From Selaginella moellendorffii (taxonomy: Eukaryota > Plantae > Lycopodiophyta): DNA of 64,000 bases. The translations under genes were made by a program, and so were the position numbers. Where the stretch lies: positions 39,467 to 103,466 of the forward strand of contig NW_003314351.1 of assembly GCF_000143415.4 (NCBI RefSeq), written 5' to 3'. A model generated the notes under the pieces. It saw only the letters and a list, made by a program, of their open reading frames with translations. It ran no database searches and had not been told where the DNA came from. Each line of letters begins with the position of its first letter. The stretch's first letter is position 1. Below, piece after piece: positions 12,127 to 23,699 of this stretch.

Positions 12127-13572
12127 TATTAATATATGGAGTTTTTGTAGGGCTAGGGGATTTATGCTCATTATTGCAATATTTAATGGACACTTTTAAA
12201 TATGATTTATATGTAAATTGAATTAAAAAATGATATAAATGATGGCTTTCTTGTTTTTAAAATTATTTTTTCTATCATATTTAATTGAAATGTTAAAATT
12301 AAAAGAGGGAGTGGGTATGATTGCATTTACAATTTTCATTTGATTATTTGAGTAAATTATATTTTTATATACGATTGATATTAACAATTTTTTTGATCTA
12401 TTTCAACACTAAACACACATAGTTTTTAACAATGAAAACACTGAAACATGAACCTTCTGGGTATGATTTGTTTCAATGCTCTCCTCATTTGTTATTTTTA
12501 TAACGCTAACAATATTTTGTTATAGAGTAGATTTAGTATGTAATGGTATTTAGGGGTATCACAAAGCTCAAATTAATAGTCAATAGGCAACTAAAATCAA
12601 TCTGGATAATGTTAAAATCTTTATAAATATATTAAAAGGTGTTAAAATTATTGTAAATATGCTAGAGCAAAACACTACTAGTAATGCCACAAAGGGATGT
12701 AAGTGAGTGACATATTAATGTATACAATAAATATTTTTGTGAAGGAAATATTTATCCAAATGAAAACATTTCACCAAAATTATTATATAATTGTATGCAA
12801 CAATAAATGTTATTTATTTCAGTGTTTAATGAGATAAAATCGTTGAGTTGGCTCAACAAGGAGATAGTATAGCCTTAAAAAAAATGATAGATTAACTAAT
12901 TAAAAGAAATATTCATTTGATGATTTATGAGAAAAATTTTTGTTGTTGTTATGCCACTTGTATAATATAATAGTGTGTTATCTATTACAACTTATGGTAG
13001 CAATATTTAGGTAAATGGATGCTTTCACATGATATTCAAACTTTGGGATTTATAAATGATATTGCATTAAAAATAAAATTGCAAAATAAAAAATTTATTT
13101 TCCTTCTTGTAATATAGTGTTGACATTAGTTCTTGTATTAACAAATGTAATATTTAAATAACATGCACAAACATTTACCCATCATATATTAGCAATCATA
13201 TCAATTTGATTGAAGAAATTAAATAAGACAAAATAGTTAAGATATATAAAAAATAAAATAAAAACTCAATAGTTGAATTCCAAGAACTAATTGAACTGAA
13301 AATTTTAAGTATTTCAAGCTTAAATCCAATATTGCAAGGGATCATGTAGCTTTTAGAAAAAAAAAACTTAATTTTTTAAAAAAGAAAGAAACAGTAAAAC
13401 AAGAATATAAAATATATATTGGTTTAACAAAACACATTTTATAGTAGAAACAATTATTTTTAAAATAAAAAACCACCATTTATATCATTTTCAACTCAAT
13501 GTATATGCAAATTCAGATTTAATGCCCTAGGGTTTACAAACCCTAGCCCTACAAAAACTCTATATATTAATA
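12127..13572. mobile_element. AT-rich ~1.45-kb element bounded by 32-bp inverted repeats (putative non-autonomous DNA transposon)
   Basis: tattaatatatggagtttttgtagggctaggg (12127-12158) vs ccctagccctacaaaaactctatatattaata (13541-13572), 31/32 match; adjacent hairpin ctagggtttacaaaccctag. Confidence 0.5.
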
Positions 13573-13604
13573 CAAGATCTCTATAATTAAAGGTTGACAA
13601 ATAA

Positions 13605-13850
13605 ATTGTGGTAGCTTTTTACCTATTTATTGTGACTTAGTCTTTATGTTTTCACCATCTACATCACAAGAAAATTGCCCAAATGGTCTTTATTGTCAAA
13701 GAGATTGCACCTTGGCTGGGGTTTTATAATGGATTTCCTGGCTTATGCAAAAATTGGGCCAAAATTCTTTGCAATTCAATATTGTCAATTTGTTTTATTC
13801 ACTCAGGGATATATTATCGAAGGTAATATTACACTATCATAAAATATTAT
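13605..13850 (+). pseudogene. Half-MFS OCT-like pseudogene (exon 1 remnant)
   Basis: Matches 6040-6350 (tgcccaaatggt..tattgtcaaagagattgca, ggcttatgcaaaaattgggccaaaa). Confidence 0.85.
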
Positions 13851-13869
13851 TCCATTATTGAAATTTGTT

Positions 13870-14770
13870 GACCACGATCATCAAGTATAGCCCTCCACCA
13901 AAGCTTTTCCCCATGACACTAACATATGAGGAACCTTTGCATTGCATTCTGGAACAAAGTTGAGGTCATGGAAATTCGGAGTCACAGAACGATGGAAAGC
14001 AGCATCCACAGCTTACAATTGGACTATTACAAGGGATGTGCTTGGAGGTGAAGAAGACTTATTACCTCATAAAAGTAAGGATAGTGGCACTTTATGGCGC
14101 TGAGATATGGGGCCAGGCCTGCTAGCGAAGGAGTAGGACAAAGTCGAGGCTGTGCAACGAAGTTTCATTTGGGAAGAATTCAGCATCAACCTTGTGCCAT
14201 ATGTGATCATGGAGACAGGCCTCTTTTCCCTAGAAATACTCGCACGATCATCTACATCTGAAAGAGCAGAAGTTGGCAGTCACAGGACAGACAGGCGGCT
14301 GGTGGCATGACATGAAACAGGACCAAAAGAGTCGGTCTGAATCTCAACATCACAGAACGATTCCATGAAGATCTTGAATTCTGGACACACATCGTGCTAA
14401 TAAGATGGATCCAAGCCCAGAAGAACCACACAAAATACAAGCTCTACGTGGAGGAGATCAACCCAAACGAACAGGTGGGAACGGCTCTTTATGATCAGCT
14501 CTTTCCCTGGCGACAGAAACTCCTTGCACGTTACAGAACAGGTGATCATAGACTACTCGTGGAACTAGGATGAAGAACAAGACCAGCAAAGATTCCGCGA
14601 CATCTACAGCTTTGCCCAGTGTGTGGCATGTCCGTCGAGACAGTAACACATACGGTCAAGGAATGCTCAGGATACGACTCAGGCCGATCCCATGGGATAT
14701 GCCTGTAGCTAACATCCTTGGGACACCTGAAAACGCAGCGGAGATAACCAGGTTCCTGGAATAGATGGAG
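13870..14770 (+). mobile_element. Non-LTR retrotransposon (LINE) ORF2 3' remnant
   Basis: ALYGAEIWG..., METGLFSLE, and a C-terminal CCHC knuckle CPVCGMSVETVTHTVKEC; stops and frameshifts. Confidence 0.65.
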
Positions 14771-14949
14771 GTCCAGAGGCAAACACTTGTCAATGAAAGC
14801 ATACTTGTGTTGTTGGAGCTGGAAAATGAAAGGAAACAGCAGAACAGATGACACCAAACTTGCAGGGCCATACTCCAATCACCACAAACAAGCAACACAA
14901 CAGATGGGAGTGGGAACAATGATAAATGGGCAACAATCCGCGGCAGAAG

Positions 14950-16890
14950 AGGCAGCAAGCTCCCAGCAGCGACATCCAGATCACCATGTCTGGAAGGAAT
15001 GGCATCGAGTTGATGAGCTCCTTCGCACTCAGAGTTCTTCATGCAGCAATAGCGCTCTCTCCTCGGCACCATCTCAAAGTCTCGGCTGATTGAGACGAAG
15101 TGCTCCCAGCCCTTGGCAATGGCTGCACGAAGTTAAAACGCTCCGGAACGTCACCTTGTCCAGCGTGACGCCCTCGAGATTCATAAGATGGAAGACTTCC
15201 ACTGCTCGATCGTAGTGCCCGTCGTCCCAAGCTGAGCATCTTCATGCTCTTAATCACACTCCTGGCGGTGCCGAGATGGCCCAAATTGACGTAAACTTGC
15301 ATGAGAGCTGTCCAGCAGACGATGGTCTTGTGTGGGATCTCGTGGAAGAACCTCACGGCTCCGTCAAAGTGCCCATTCTCGGCATACGCGAGAAGCAGCT
15401 CCACGAGACTAGATTCTTCTCCGACACTTGATCAAAGATGTTCTTCGTCCTTGGTGGCAGTAAGCCTGCACCATTGCCGTCCACGCCACCACGTCCTGAT
15501 CCGGCATGGAATCAAAGATCTCTCTTGCGTTTGCAAAATCTCCTCTTTGGGTATTCTCGTAGTTCTTGCCACTGCGTTGGTGAAGGGGAGCCGATGGAAC
15601 GCCCTGTCCAATTTTTCCAGGAATCATTCTGCGCGTAGCACAGCAGTAGATTCGTCCACGACACGGCCGGCATTCTATCAAAGATCGATTTTGCTGCCTC
15701 GTTTTGCCCCTGCGCGAGCGCAGTGATCATTGAGTTCCATATCACGGCCTGGCGCTCTGGGACACGATCGATCATCGCCTGACAGTGGATGCTGCCACAT
15801 ATCCAGCGATCATCGAGTTCCACGAGACAAGATCATGAAACTCCATCCCGTCAAACGTGTCTTGGCAAGCTCAAGTTGCCCGAACTGGGCATACAGTGTA
15901 ATGGGCGATTTCCAAGAGACCATGTCATGATCCGCCATGGAATCGAAGATCTTCTTGTCCTAGCCGAGATTGGAGCTCCGAATATAGGATTTCACAACCA
16001 CGTTACACGAGATTCCAGTGGGGCAATCGATCAAAGAGGTTCCCTCCCTCACGTCGTGGTGGCACATTCGATCGAAGAACATAGCCTTGGCCGCCCAGCA
16101 GCCCTCACAAGATCCACCGGGAAATGCCGCTCTCTAGCCCTGTGATCGCCCGACATTGCTCTCTGGGAAGAACCCAAAGTTTTGGTTCTTGCGATCATAG
16201 GCGACCATTGATCGCGGGCGATTTGGATCTTCCCCAGATGGCTGCAAGCCGAAAGGATGGTGATGAACGACACAGGATCGATCCTCACTCCACCATCGAG
16301 CGTGGCCTCGTTGGCCGCGTGATCGAGGCTCGAGCTGTGCTCGCCGCAATGCCCACGAGAGTGGATATCTCCCGCATAGCCGGAGAGGATCGCGTTCCAG
16401 GTGAAAACGTTCCATTTCGACATTTGCTGCCGGATCTTGAGGGCGTCCTCCATTCTCCCGGCCTGGCCGAGCATTGCGACAAGCATATCAAGTCCCTTGT
16501 GGGCATTTGGTGGTGGATCGCCATCGACATGCCCGTCCTGGGCATAGGCGGCAGCGATTGATGTAGGCAACTGTGGCATTCGATCAAACAGCAGCTTCGC
16601 TCTGTCCGGGATGCCGTTTTCCATCAGCCCATTCCAAGGCACGAGATTCTACTGGGGGAAAACATCCTCTCGGCCTCTTCTACAAGGCATAGCCCGACAC
16701 TATTGTTGTCCACGAATCCAAGTCCCTCGTTACCATTGTCTCAAAGACACCTCGAGCCTCCACCAAATTCCCGATTTGCATGAAAGCTCTCACCAACGCA
16801 GTTGATAGTATTGAGGTCATTGGCTTTCTTTTTTCTTTGATTTTGGCTTCCTTGCCCAAGTCCCTCCGAGCTTGCTTGTTTCCTTACAGA
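14950..16890 (-). pseudogene. Degraded PLS-class PPR gene(s)
   Basis: Repeated AREIFDSMPDQDVVAWTAM, LLAYAENGHFDGA, FDRMP, FITILSACSHLG, MPFLPDMVIWMSLLGAC (E-domain start) across shifting frames. Confidence 0.85.
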
Positions 16891-17645
16891 CACGAAGCAT
16901 CGAGCTGTACAAGACAGGGTTCTATGCCAAAAGAGCTCAATTGCTACATTCCGAGGCTTCATCATGGGCACTTCTGTGGCATTTGTGTGGAAAAGGTAGC
17001 AGTGTTTCTTAGAGGATAGAATGGAAGACAATCAGGTAGTCTGAGTTTGTAAGAAATGATAGGACTGCTCAAACATGTCTTCGGGGTCCAAGGAATTGGA
17101 TTTAGAAAAGGTGGTCATTTGAGTATATGCGTGTCTACAAATGTTATCCTTACTGAGGAAGGCATGGGATGTGGATTCCTACACTCAGAAGCTAAACAAA
17201 ACATGCAATCAAGATCAAATATCAGAACTCACTATGTTCTACATTTGGATCCTGATGCTCCAACTCGAGAAGGCTTACAGTTGCATCCTGAAGATCAGGT
17301 ACTACGCTCTTACTGGTCCTCTTCTTACATGTATCATATTTATCACAGAAACTGGAAGATGGTCTTTTGGAAAGCTGGAAGAAAAACAGAAGCGCAGGAC
17401 CTGAGTCCAACAGGGATTAGGTACATGAAAACGTTTATAGACGTCTTCAGCAAGAAGTGCTCTAAAACTTTTTCGTGTTTCTTGTGATACTAGAGGAAAG
17501 AATCCAAGATACCGCACTACTCAAATCCAAGCTCCTGGTGGTTCTCTTGTATTGAATTAGTGACACAGCTATCTTTCATTCTCAGGCGTGGAAAGCTGGC
17601 TGCATGACTGCATGCTCACCTCATTTAACGAGCGCGCTTTAGACG
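16880..17645 (+). pseudogene. NUP107 pseudogene fragment carrying the PrfB insert
   Basis: Matches intact gene ~63370-62500 (HLDPDAPTREGLQLHPEDQ); PrfB-derived insert at ~17407-17545. Confidence 0.9.
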
Positions 17646-18178
17646 TTAGGACACATGGCGCAGATCAATTTGCTTGGGGAGTTTTCTCTTGGTAGTAAAC
17701 ATTCTGTGGAAGTTCCATATTTCCGCTACAAGGAACACACCATCTTTATGACTCAAACATACTTTAGTGCTATTTCCACTATGCTTGACAATTTTTCTCG
17801 AAGTACAAAGACAGCAAGCAAAGATGGTGCAGTGTATCAGGGCGATTGACAGTGCTCATGTTTCAGCAAGAAATCAAACGTGATGATAGCCTCTAAGGTT
17901 TGTTTGTGTTGCAAATGTATGAGTGCTTATAAGGCTGTTGCTCAACATTTGAACTATTGCAATAATTTTAGATATTATATAGAGAATTTATAATAATTTC
18001 CAGTGCATCAACGTTTGGTTTGTTATTTCTAATCCACTTGATCAATAAATAATAAACATGTTTGTAATTTATAAAAACAAGATAGAATAAAAAAGAATAT
18101 ACTGTTTAGAACATTTTATAAATTATAAACATGTTTATAAATTAATAAATGCAATATTAATTTAAATTAATAACAACA

Positions 18179-18770
18179 TTAGTATCCTAGAATATCCATG
18201 CATATTCTAGGTATATTCACTTGTAAATCTACCCTAACCTCAATATTAACTATAACTAATACCACCATAATACATATTGGGAGCAAGGATAAGAAGACTA
18301 TTTCTGAGAACATACCCCAAAATGATATGGAAGAAGTTATTGGATATGGTTGTTCTCTGAGTTTCTTTAGCTCTAAATACCACCTTATAACTGATGATGT
18401 CTGCACATGAATGTGCTACTGCAGAGATCACTTGTAAAGCAATGAACCATCACCGATATAAAACACATGTGCTTGTAAACGCAGTAGCTCTCCAATAAGA
18501 AAGCTAATCAACATGCATAACTTGTAACGGATTCCTATGGCAACTGGAACAAATTGTTATAAAGGTTCATAAATAAATCTAGCTTCTCCAGACATAGCCA
18601 AGTGATAGAATGGCATATAGATATGGAGTAAAGCACAGTATCTAATTGCAGATTGTTTGGCCCAATTTTTCTAGTTCTGATGTAAGGAGAATAAAAACCC
18701 CAATGGTAATTAGGATGTAGTGCATTACAGCTCTTCTGACAATGAGAAACACCACATAAACGCTAATTCC
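18179..18770 (-). pseudogene. Half-MFS OCT-like pseudogene
   Basis: Close to 19580-20355 (tgtaatgcactacatcctaatta, gtgatctctgc.gtagcacattc) but frameshifted, with the intron donor lost. Confidence 0.85.
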
Positions 18771-19289
18771 AATGAAATTAGTATGAAATTATTGGTGTTT
18801 GCCATAAACCTTAACCTTATAAGAAGATCTTTTTATAAGCTTTAGGGAGATGGAGGAATGTGAGTGCGGGATGGAGGGAGCGAGAAGACCCTGACAACAA
18901 ACTTACAAACTTGTTTGCACAGTCTCATGTTTCTTGTTGGGCACCCCATGACTACCAAAACAGAATATTCAATTCAATTCAAGTTAGTGCTAATCTTTTT
19001 TCTGTCTTTTTTCAGATATTTCTTCCTTGTTCTGTTATGAAGGTTGAAAGGACGATAATTGATGCTCTCAGAAGTAAGATCAATTACACAGGCCATTAGG
19101 ACGTTTTTGGTTATTTGCATGCAAGTCTTCCCTCAATTTTGTTCTTTCTTACTTGACGCAGCCTGTTCACGATTCCTGAAGCTCATATTCAAGTGCTAAG
19201 GGCAGGACTATCAAGTAAAGAAATTAGCCTCTCAAACTAATGAAGCTCTTGTGCTAATGAAGCTCAAACTCTGTTCATAGTTTAAAGAG

Positions 19290-19450
19290 AAACTTCAAAT
19301 TTTTGCTCACCTCCATAGCAGGTAAAGACTATTTTGGAAAAGCTTGTGAAGCAAAGTAGTTGAACTGTGATAGCTAGAAATGCTCCAATGAGATGTAAGA
19401 GCTGAAACTAGACAATCCAGCTAAAAATCAACCACACATCATTTCTCAGC
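19290..19450 (-). pseudogene. C-terminal remnant of SWEET-like membrane gene
   Basis: VWLIFSWIV*FQLLHLIGAFLAITVQ...CYGGEQ matches AWLVFSSIVEYQILHIVGACLAVAVQ...CYGGEQ at 22630-22760. Confidence 0.8.
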
Positions 19451-19579
19451 TTATCTTCCAAACTTCCCATACTGCAATGGATTGAGCTAGGTGCAAGATA
19501 GGATTGATTTTCCACAAACTTCAGTTAATATATCCACTAATTGTAGATTCTAAAATATTTACAAACAGAATTTACTATG

Positions 19580-20355
19580 TTACAATTCATTAGCTATTCT
19601 TCCATTGTTACTTCTAATATTAACTATAATTAATACCACCATTTCCACCACCAGCATCATGGTAAGAAATGAGTCCATAATAAATATCAGCCTATTTCCC
19701 CACCTCCAGTCAGAATACATATGAATACATATTGGGACCAAGGGTAGAAAGAGTAATTCAATGAATATAGCCACTAACGATATGGCATAAGTTCTTTGAT
19801 ATGGTTCTTCACTGCGCTTCTTTATCTCTATGCACCACCTTATAGCTGATGATGTCCCTGCGTAGGAATGTGCTACCGCAGAGATCACTTGTACAGCAAT
19901 AAACCATGACCGATGTGAAACATATGTGCTTGTAAGCGCACTAGCTCCTCCAATAACAAAGCTAACCAACATACATAACTTGTATTGGAAGCGTGTAGCA
20001 AATCCCATGGCAACTGAAATAAATTGTTAAGTGTATTCTTAAATAAATCTAGCTTACCTCCAGCCACATAGCCCAGTGATAGCAAAGTATATAGATGTGG
20101 AATGAAGCAAGGAAGTTGCCAATATCGAATTGCAGAATAATTTAGCCCAATCCTCGCAGCTCCGATGTAGCAGGAATAGAAATCCCAATGATAATTAGGA
20201 TGTAGTGCATTACAGCTCTTTTTGCAATGAGAAACACCGTGTGGGCAATCCCATTTTGGAGGGTAAAGAGTGATAACTATGGTGTATACATAAAAGCTAA
20301 TTGCCCAAGTCGAGAAAATTGAAATAAGAACGAAATACCACCAGAAGTTTGCCAT
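19580..20355 (-). CDS. Half-MFS OCT/SLC22-like 6-TM membrane protein (~243 aa; exons 20355-20058, 20013-19580)
   Basis: 44-nt GT-AG intron (20057-20014) at the same position as in the 6012 paralog restores one open frame; conserved PPKW.CP.GV..C...CNAL, YSAIRYWQL.C, DWRWGNR. Confidence 0.7.
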
Positions 20356-21089
20356 CCTTATTAAAGGGATATAATCTAAGATCTATTTATAGGGTTTTCG
20401 GCATAATCCTCCTTTTGGAAATTGTCTATAACTTTTCAAAAAAGATCTCGGTTTTTCCAAAAGAAGCGCGAACTTTTTGTAGGGTTAGGGTTTCGGCTCG
20501 GCCAGTCTCGAAAGGTATGGCGCCGCAGATTGAGCAATACTGGTGCGCACATCGCCTCTCGAATGGTCTCTAAATCCTTTTCCAATCTAGCTTTATTTAT
20601 GGAGAATCGGTGGCTGATCTTGGCTGTTTTCGATTTAGTAGCTATGTGATTGGAACGTTGGAGCAGCTCAATATCCGGGTGCTTGAGCTTACTTCTTGGA
20701 ATTTTTCCGTCCATTCCTTCCAGTTTTTTTCATTTTTGTACTCGTGACTCTTTTTTTCTCGATGCCAGAAGTAAGGGAGCAGTTTCTATCTGTAACTGTG
20801 AGGCTGTTTCTTTTCTTGTTTTCTGTAGACAGCCGTCTAAGTTTCTGACGATACTGTGGCAGCATGTCTTCTCTGCAGACCTCGGAGCTAAGACTGCAGA
20901 AGTCTTGTACGAGGTAGACTTGATCTTTTTCGCAGTTGAGATTCGACTTCGAAAAGCAAGAGCATGGTATGAAATTTAATTTTCTGTGCTTATTGTAGAT
21001 CCAGAGGTATTGATGATGGCTTTGAATCCAGTGTCAAAGGAGGCCAAGGCGTCCAAGACAAGGTTGGTCTTTTTCTCTTTTCCCGACTT

Positions 21090-21330
21090 AAGACGATGGG
21101 ACTGAGCTTGAGAAGAGAGGTCGTACCGTCGTTTGCACGAATCCTTCTTCACACGTCCCTGGGACGTCAAATGCTGAGACAGGTGCTGCGCTCGGAGATC
21201 GGACATTGCGTGGCATGACACGACCAAGCTCGGGATCCCAGTAAGGAGTTTTGCTTTTTTTTTTCTCTTTCTCGTGAGATGATCTTTGTTGTCGTCTATT
21301 CTAGTGGAGGGTTTCATGGATGCCGAAATG
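21090..21330 (+). pseudogene. Alpha/beta-hydrolase gene fragment (At1g52750/At1g80280-like)
   Basis: REVVPSFARILLHTSLGRQMLRQVLRSEI...AWHDTTKL...VEG, recalled as characteristic of that family; isolated exons. Confidence 0.55.
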
Positions 21331-22566
21331 GATCACAAGTTCGAGAAGCTTATAGTATCCTCTCCCGCATGAAGGAAATTATGGGTGATAAGTTTTGACT
21401 TGAGCTTCTCTATGACTACAGTGATCACTTCTTTTATCAGACTCTAATACGCTTCGCCAAGAGCAAAAGGTATAATTTGACCCGCAGTCTTGAGACAGTG
21501 CCGTGGTTTAGGTGAATCTAACTTGACATTATTGGTTGTTGTTATGTACCGATCCGGGTAAGCTATTCTTTTTTCTCTTGATTTCCACAACACTGACAGT
21601 TTATTATGAGGAGCTTAACCAGTGTTGCGAGAAGGAACCTGGAACCAGAGCAAAGGCATATTAAAACACGATTCCGGGCATAGCTGACATTGTCACCAGA
21701 GTAGCGCTTGGACGATTTGTCATTTTCGTTTGTACATCATCACGCAAGTCAAAGTCAAGTCAAAGTCAAAGTCATTTGATCATATTCTCTTGATAAATGC
21801 TTTAGAGCTCTTTCAAGACGATCACATCATCTTGTGAAAGGTACGCACGGACATGAAAGGTGAGTCTGATTAGCGCACTACTTTGTTGGCGAGTTCTCAT
21901 TTCTTACTTACAGAATGCCGCTTCGATTCGGCCGTCACGTCGTAACAGGAAGAGCCGACGCTTCGATTAAGCTGCATTTGGTCTTTTTTAGTGTTCATCT
22001 TTTTTCCTCATCTTGACCTGCTCGTTCGGACGAGGACGATGCACCAGAGTCTTCCACCTTGTTTATTTAATCTCAGGACATCTCTCGATTTCACTCAAGT
22101 AAGCAAATTAGCCTTTGAAACTCCTCTAATGTGAATTGATGACTACAGGCACTTGCCGAGCTGTCAAAGTGATTCAAGTAAGCTGGTTTTCGTGGAACTT
22201 GGACAGTGGTTTTCCTTTTCAGGATGGGGAGTTTTTTCTTGCTGGTAAGGAAGTTCTAAGTTCATGCTAATAGGATACACGCTTCAGTGGTATGGAAGCA
22301 TGGTGCTCTCAACCAGGTGCGCTATGCTTGATATTTCTGTGTTACAGCAAGCAAGTTCGGGATGGAAAATTTTCAGATGAAGCCACAAGAAAAGATCAGA
22401 GACTACTTCTTGCTGGCCACTTTGTGATGTAGGCAGCGAATCAAACGTTAAACCAGTACTCTGCACTCGCAACGAAAAACGATCATCCAGTGACGCCTTG
22501 TTTCCACTGGAATTGTCTTTTAGTTCTTTTAACGCATGGTTGATTGTCCCTTCGGTGTTCCTTCGT

Positions 22567-23620
22567 TCAACACAGTGCGCACAGGCCTGTGAATTCAAAG
22601 ATCGCGATATAGAAACAAGAGAACTTTCAGATTTGCTCACCTCCATAGCACTTTGAAACGAAGCTTACAAAGTAGATGGCCTGAACTGCAACAGCCAAAC
22701 AAGCTCCCACGATATGGAGAATTTGGTACTCAACGATGGAGCTAAAAACCAACCACGCAACTCCAGAGAGCAACGAGCAAGCAGAAGCTATCACCGTGGA
22801 GGCCTCATGAGTGAACGGGAGGAGACATATCACCCTCATCACGAAAGGAACTACAGCTGAGACCGTGTAAACAGCTGCTGTGGCCCAGCCCTTCTTTCCC
22901 TTCAAACGACGACATGCGATGCCCATGAGAGGGTAGAAGAACGGGATGAGAGCTGTGAGCAGTATCGTCATACACCCTTTCCTCCGCTGCTTCTCGATGT
23001 GTCCAAGCCCGACCAGGAATGAATGCAGGAAACAAAAGGCCGATGCGGCACAGATCGCGGTGGCAATGAGAGTTAGATCGTGCCCGTCTTGCGTCCACTT
23101 TTGACACATCGAGATGGCATTTGCCAGAGACAAGAAGGAAGTAAGCAGTGCAAGTGCCCTCTGAGATTGTGAAGGGCTGGCAGGGATTACCTCCGCTTGG
23201 GACTGTGCTGTTGCGGCCTGATCCATCTCCACTGCCACCAATCCTCCAGCTATGGCCCCCGTCTCTAGCTCCTCATTCGTGGCCGCCGTTGTGCCAGGCT
23301 TGCGCCTCCTCAGAATGTTCCTTGCCTGAGCTGTTGCCCTCGCAATGCAGCTCTCCACAGCTAGTTGTCTGGCACGCAGCCGTGCTCTCAACCCAGCTGG
23401 ACAAAACGATCACAGAAGACGAGAGAAACGTAAATCCTGATGCAGCAAGACCAAGAAGGAACCACCGCGAAGATGTGATCTTGTCATCGCTGACGCTAGA
23501 TCTGGCCTCATGGGCAAACACATCCAGATCCACAGGCGAGAGAGAATCCAGGAGAGAATCTAGGTAGAAACTAGCCATGGCCACAAGCGAGAGGAGGAGC
23601 GTCTTTGCTAAAACCCCCAT
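22567..23620 (-). pseudogene. Divergent SWEET/MtN3-like multi-pass membrane gene with N-terminal 2-TM extension; one apparent frameshift near 23390-23275
   Basis: Two overlapping ORFs in different frames; GWATAAVYTVSAVVPFVMRVI..PF, SLLSGVAWLVFSSI and HIVGACLAVAVQAIYF follow the spacing of SWEET TM5-7; possible last intron 22641-22585. Confidence 0.5.
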
Positions 23621-23699
23621 CCTGCGATACCTAGGAAATGCTGTGTAACCTAGGAACTGCGTGTATGTTTCTGTGAAGAAACACACTCGATCAGCGCGA

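Larger units (their letters stand above)
10543..17198 (+). repeat. Segmental duplication, donor copy (A=10543-16041, B=16041-17198)
   Basis: Whole segment reappears inverted and permuted at 25787-32550. Confidence 0.9.

Noticed and set aside
14950-16890. PPR ORFs as functional genes (also 25787-26880 and 31620-32550)
   Set aside because: Motifs jump between frames every few dozen codons with stops; pseudogenic.
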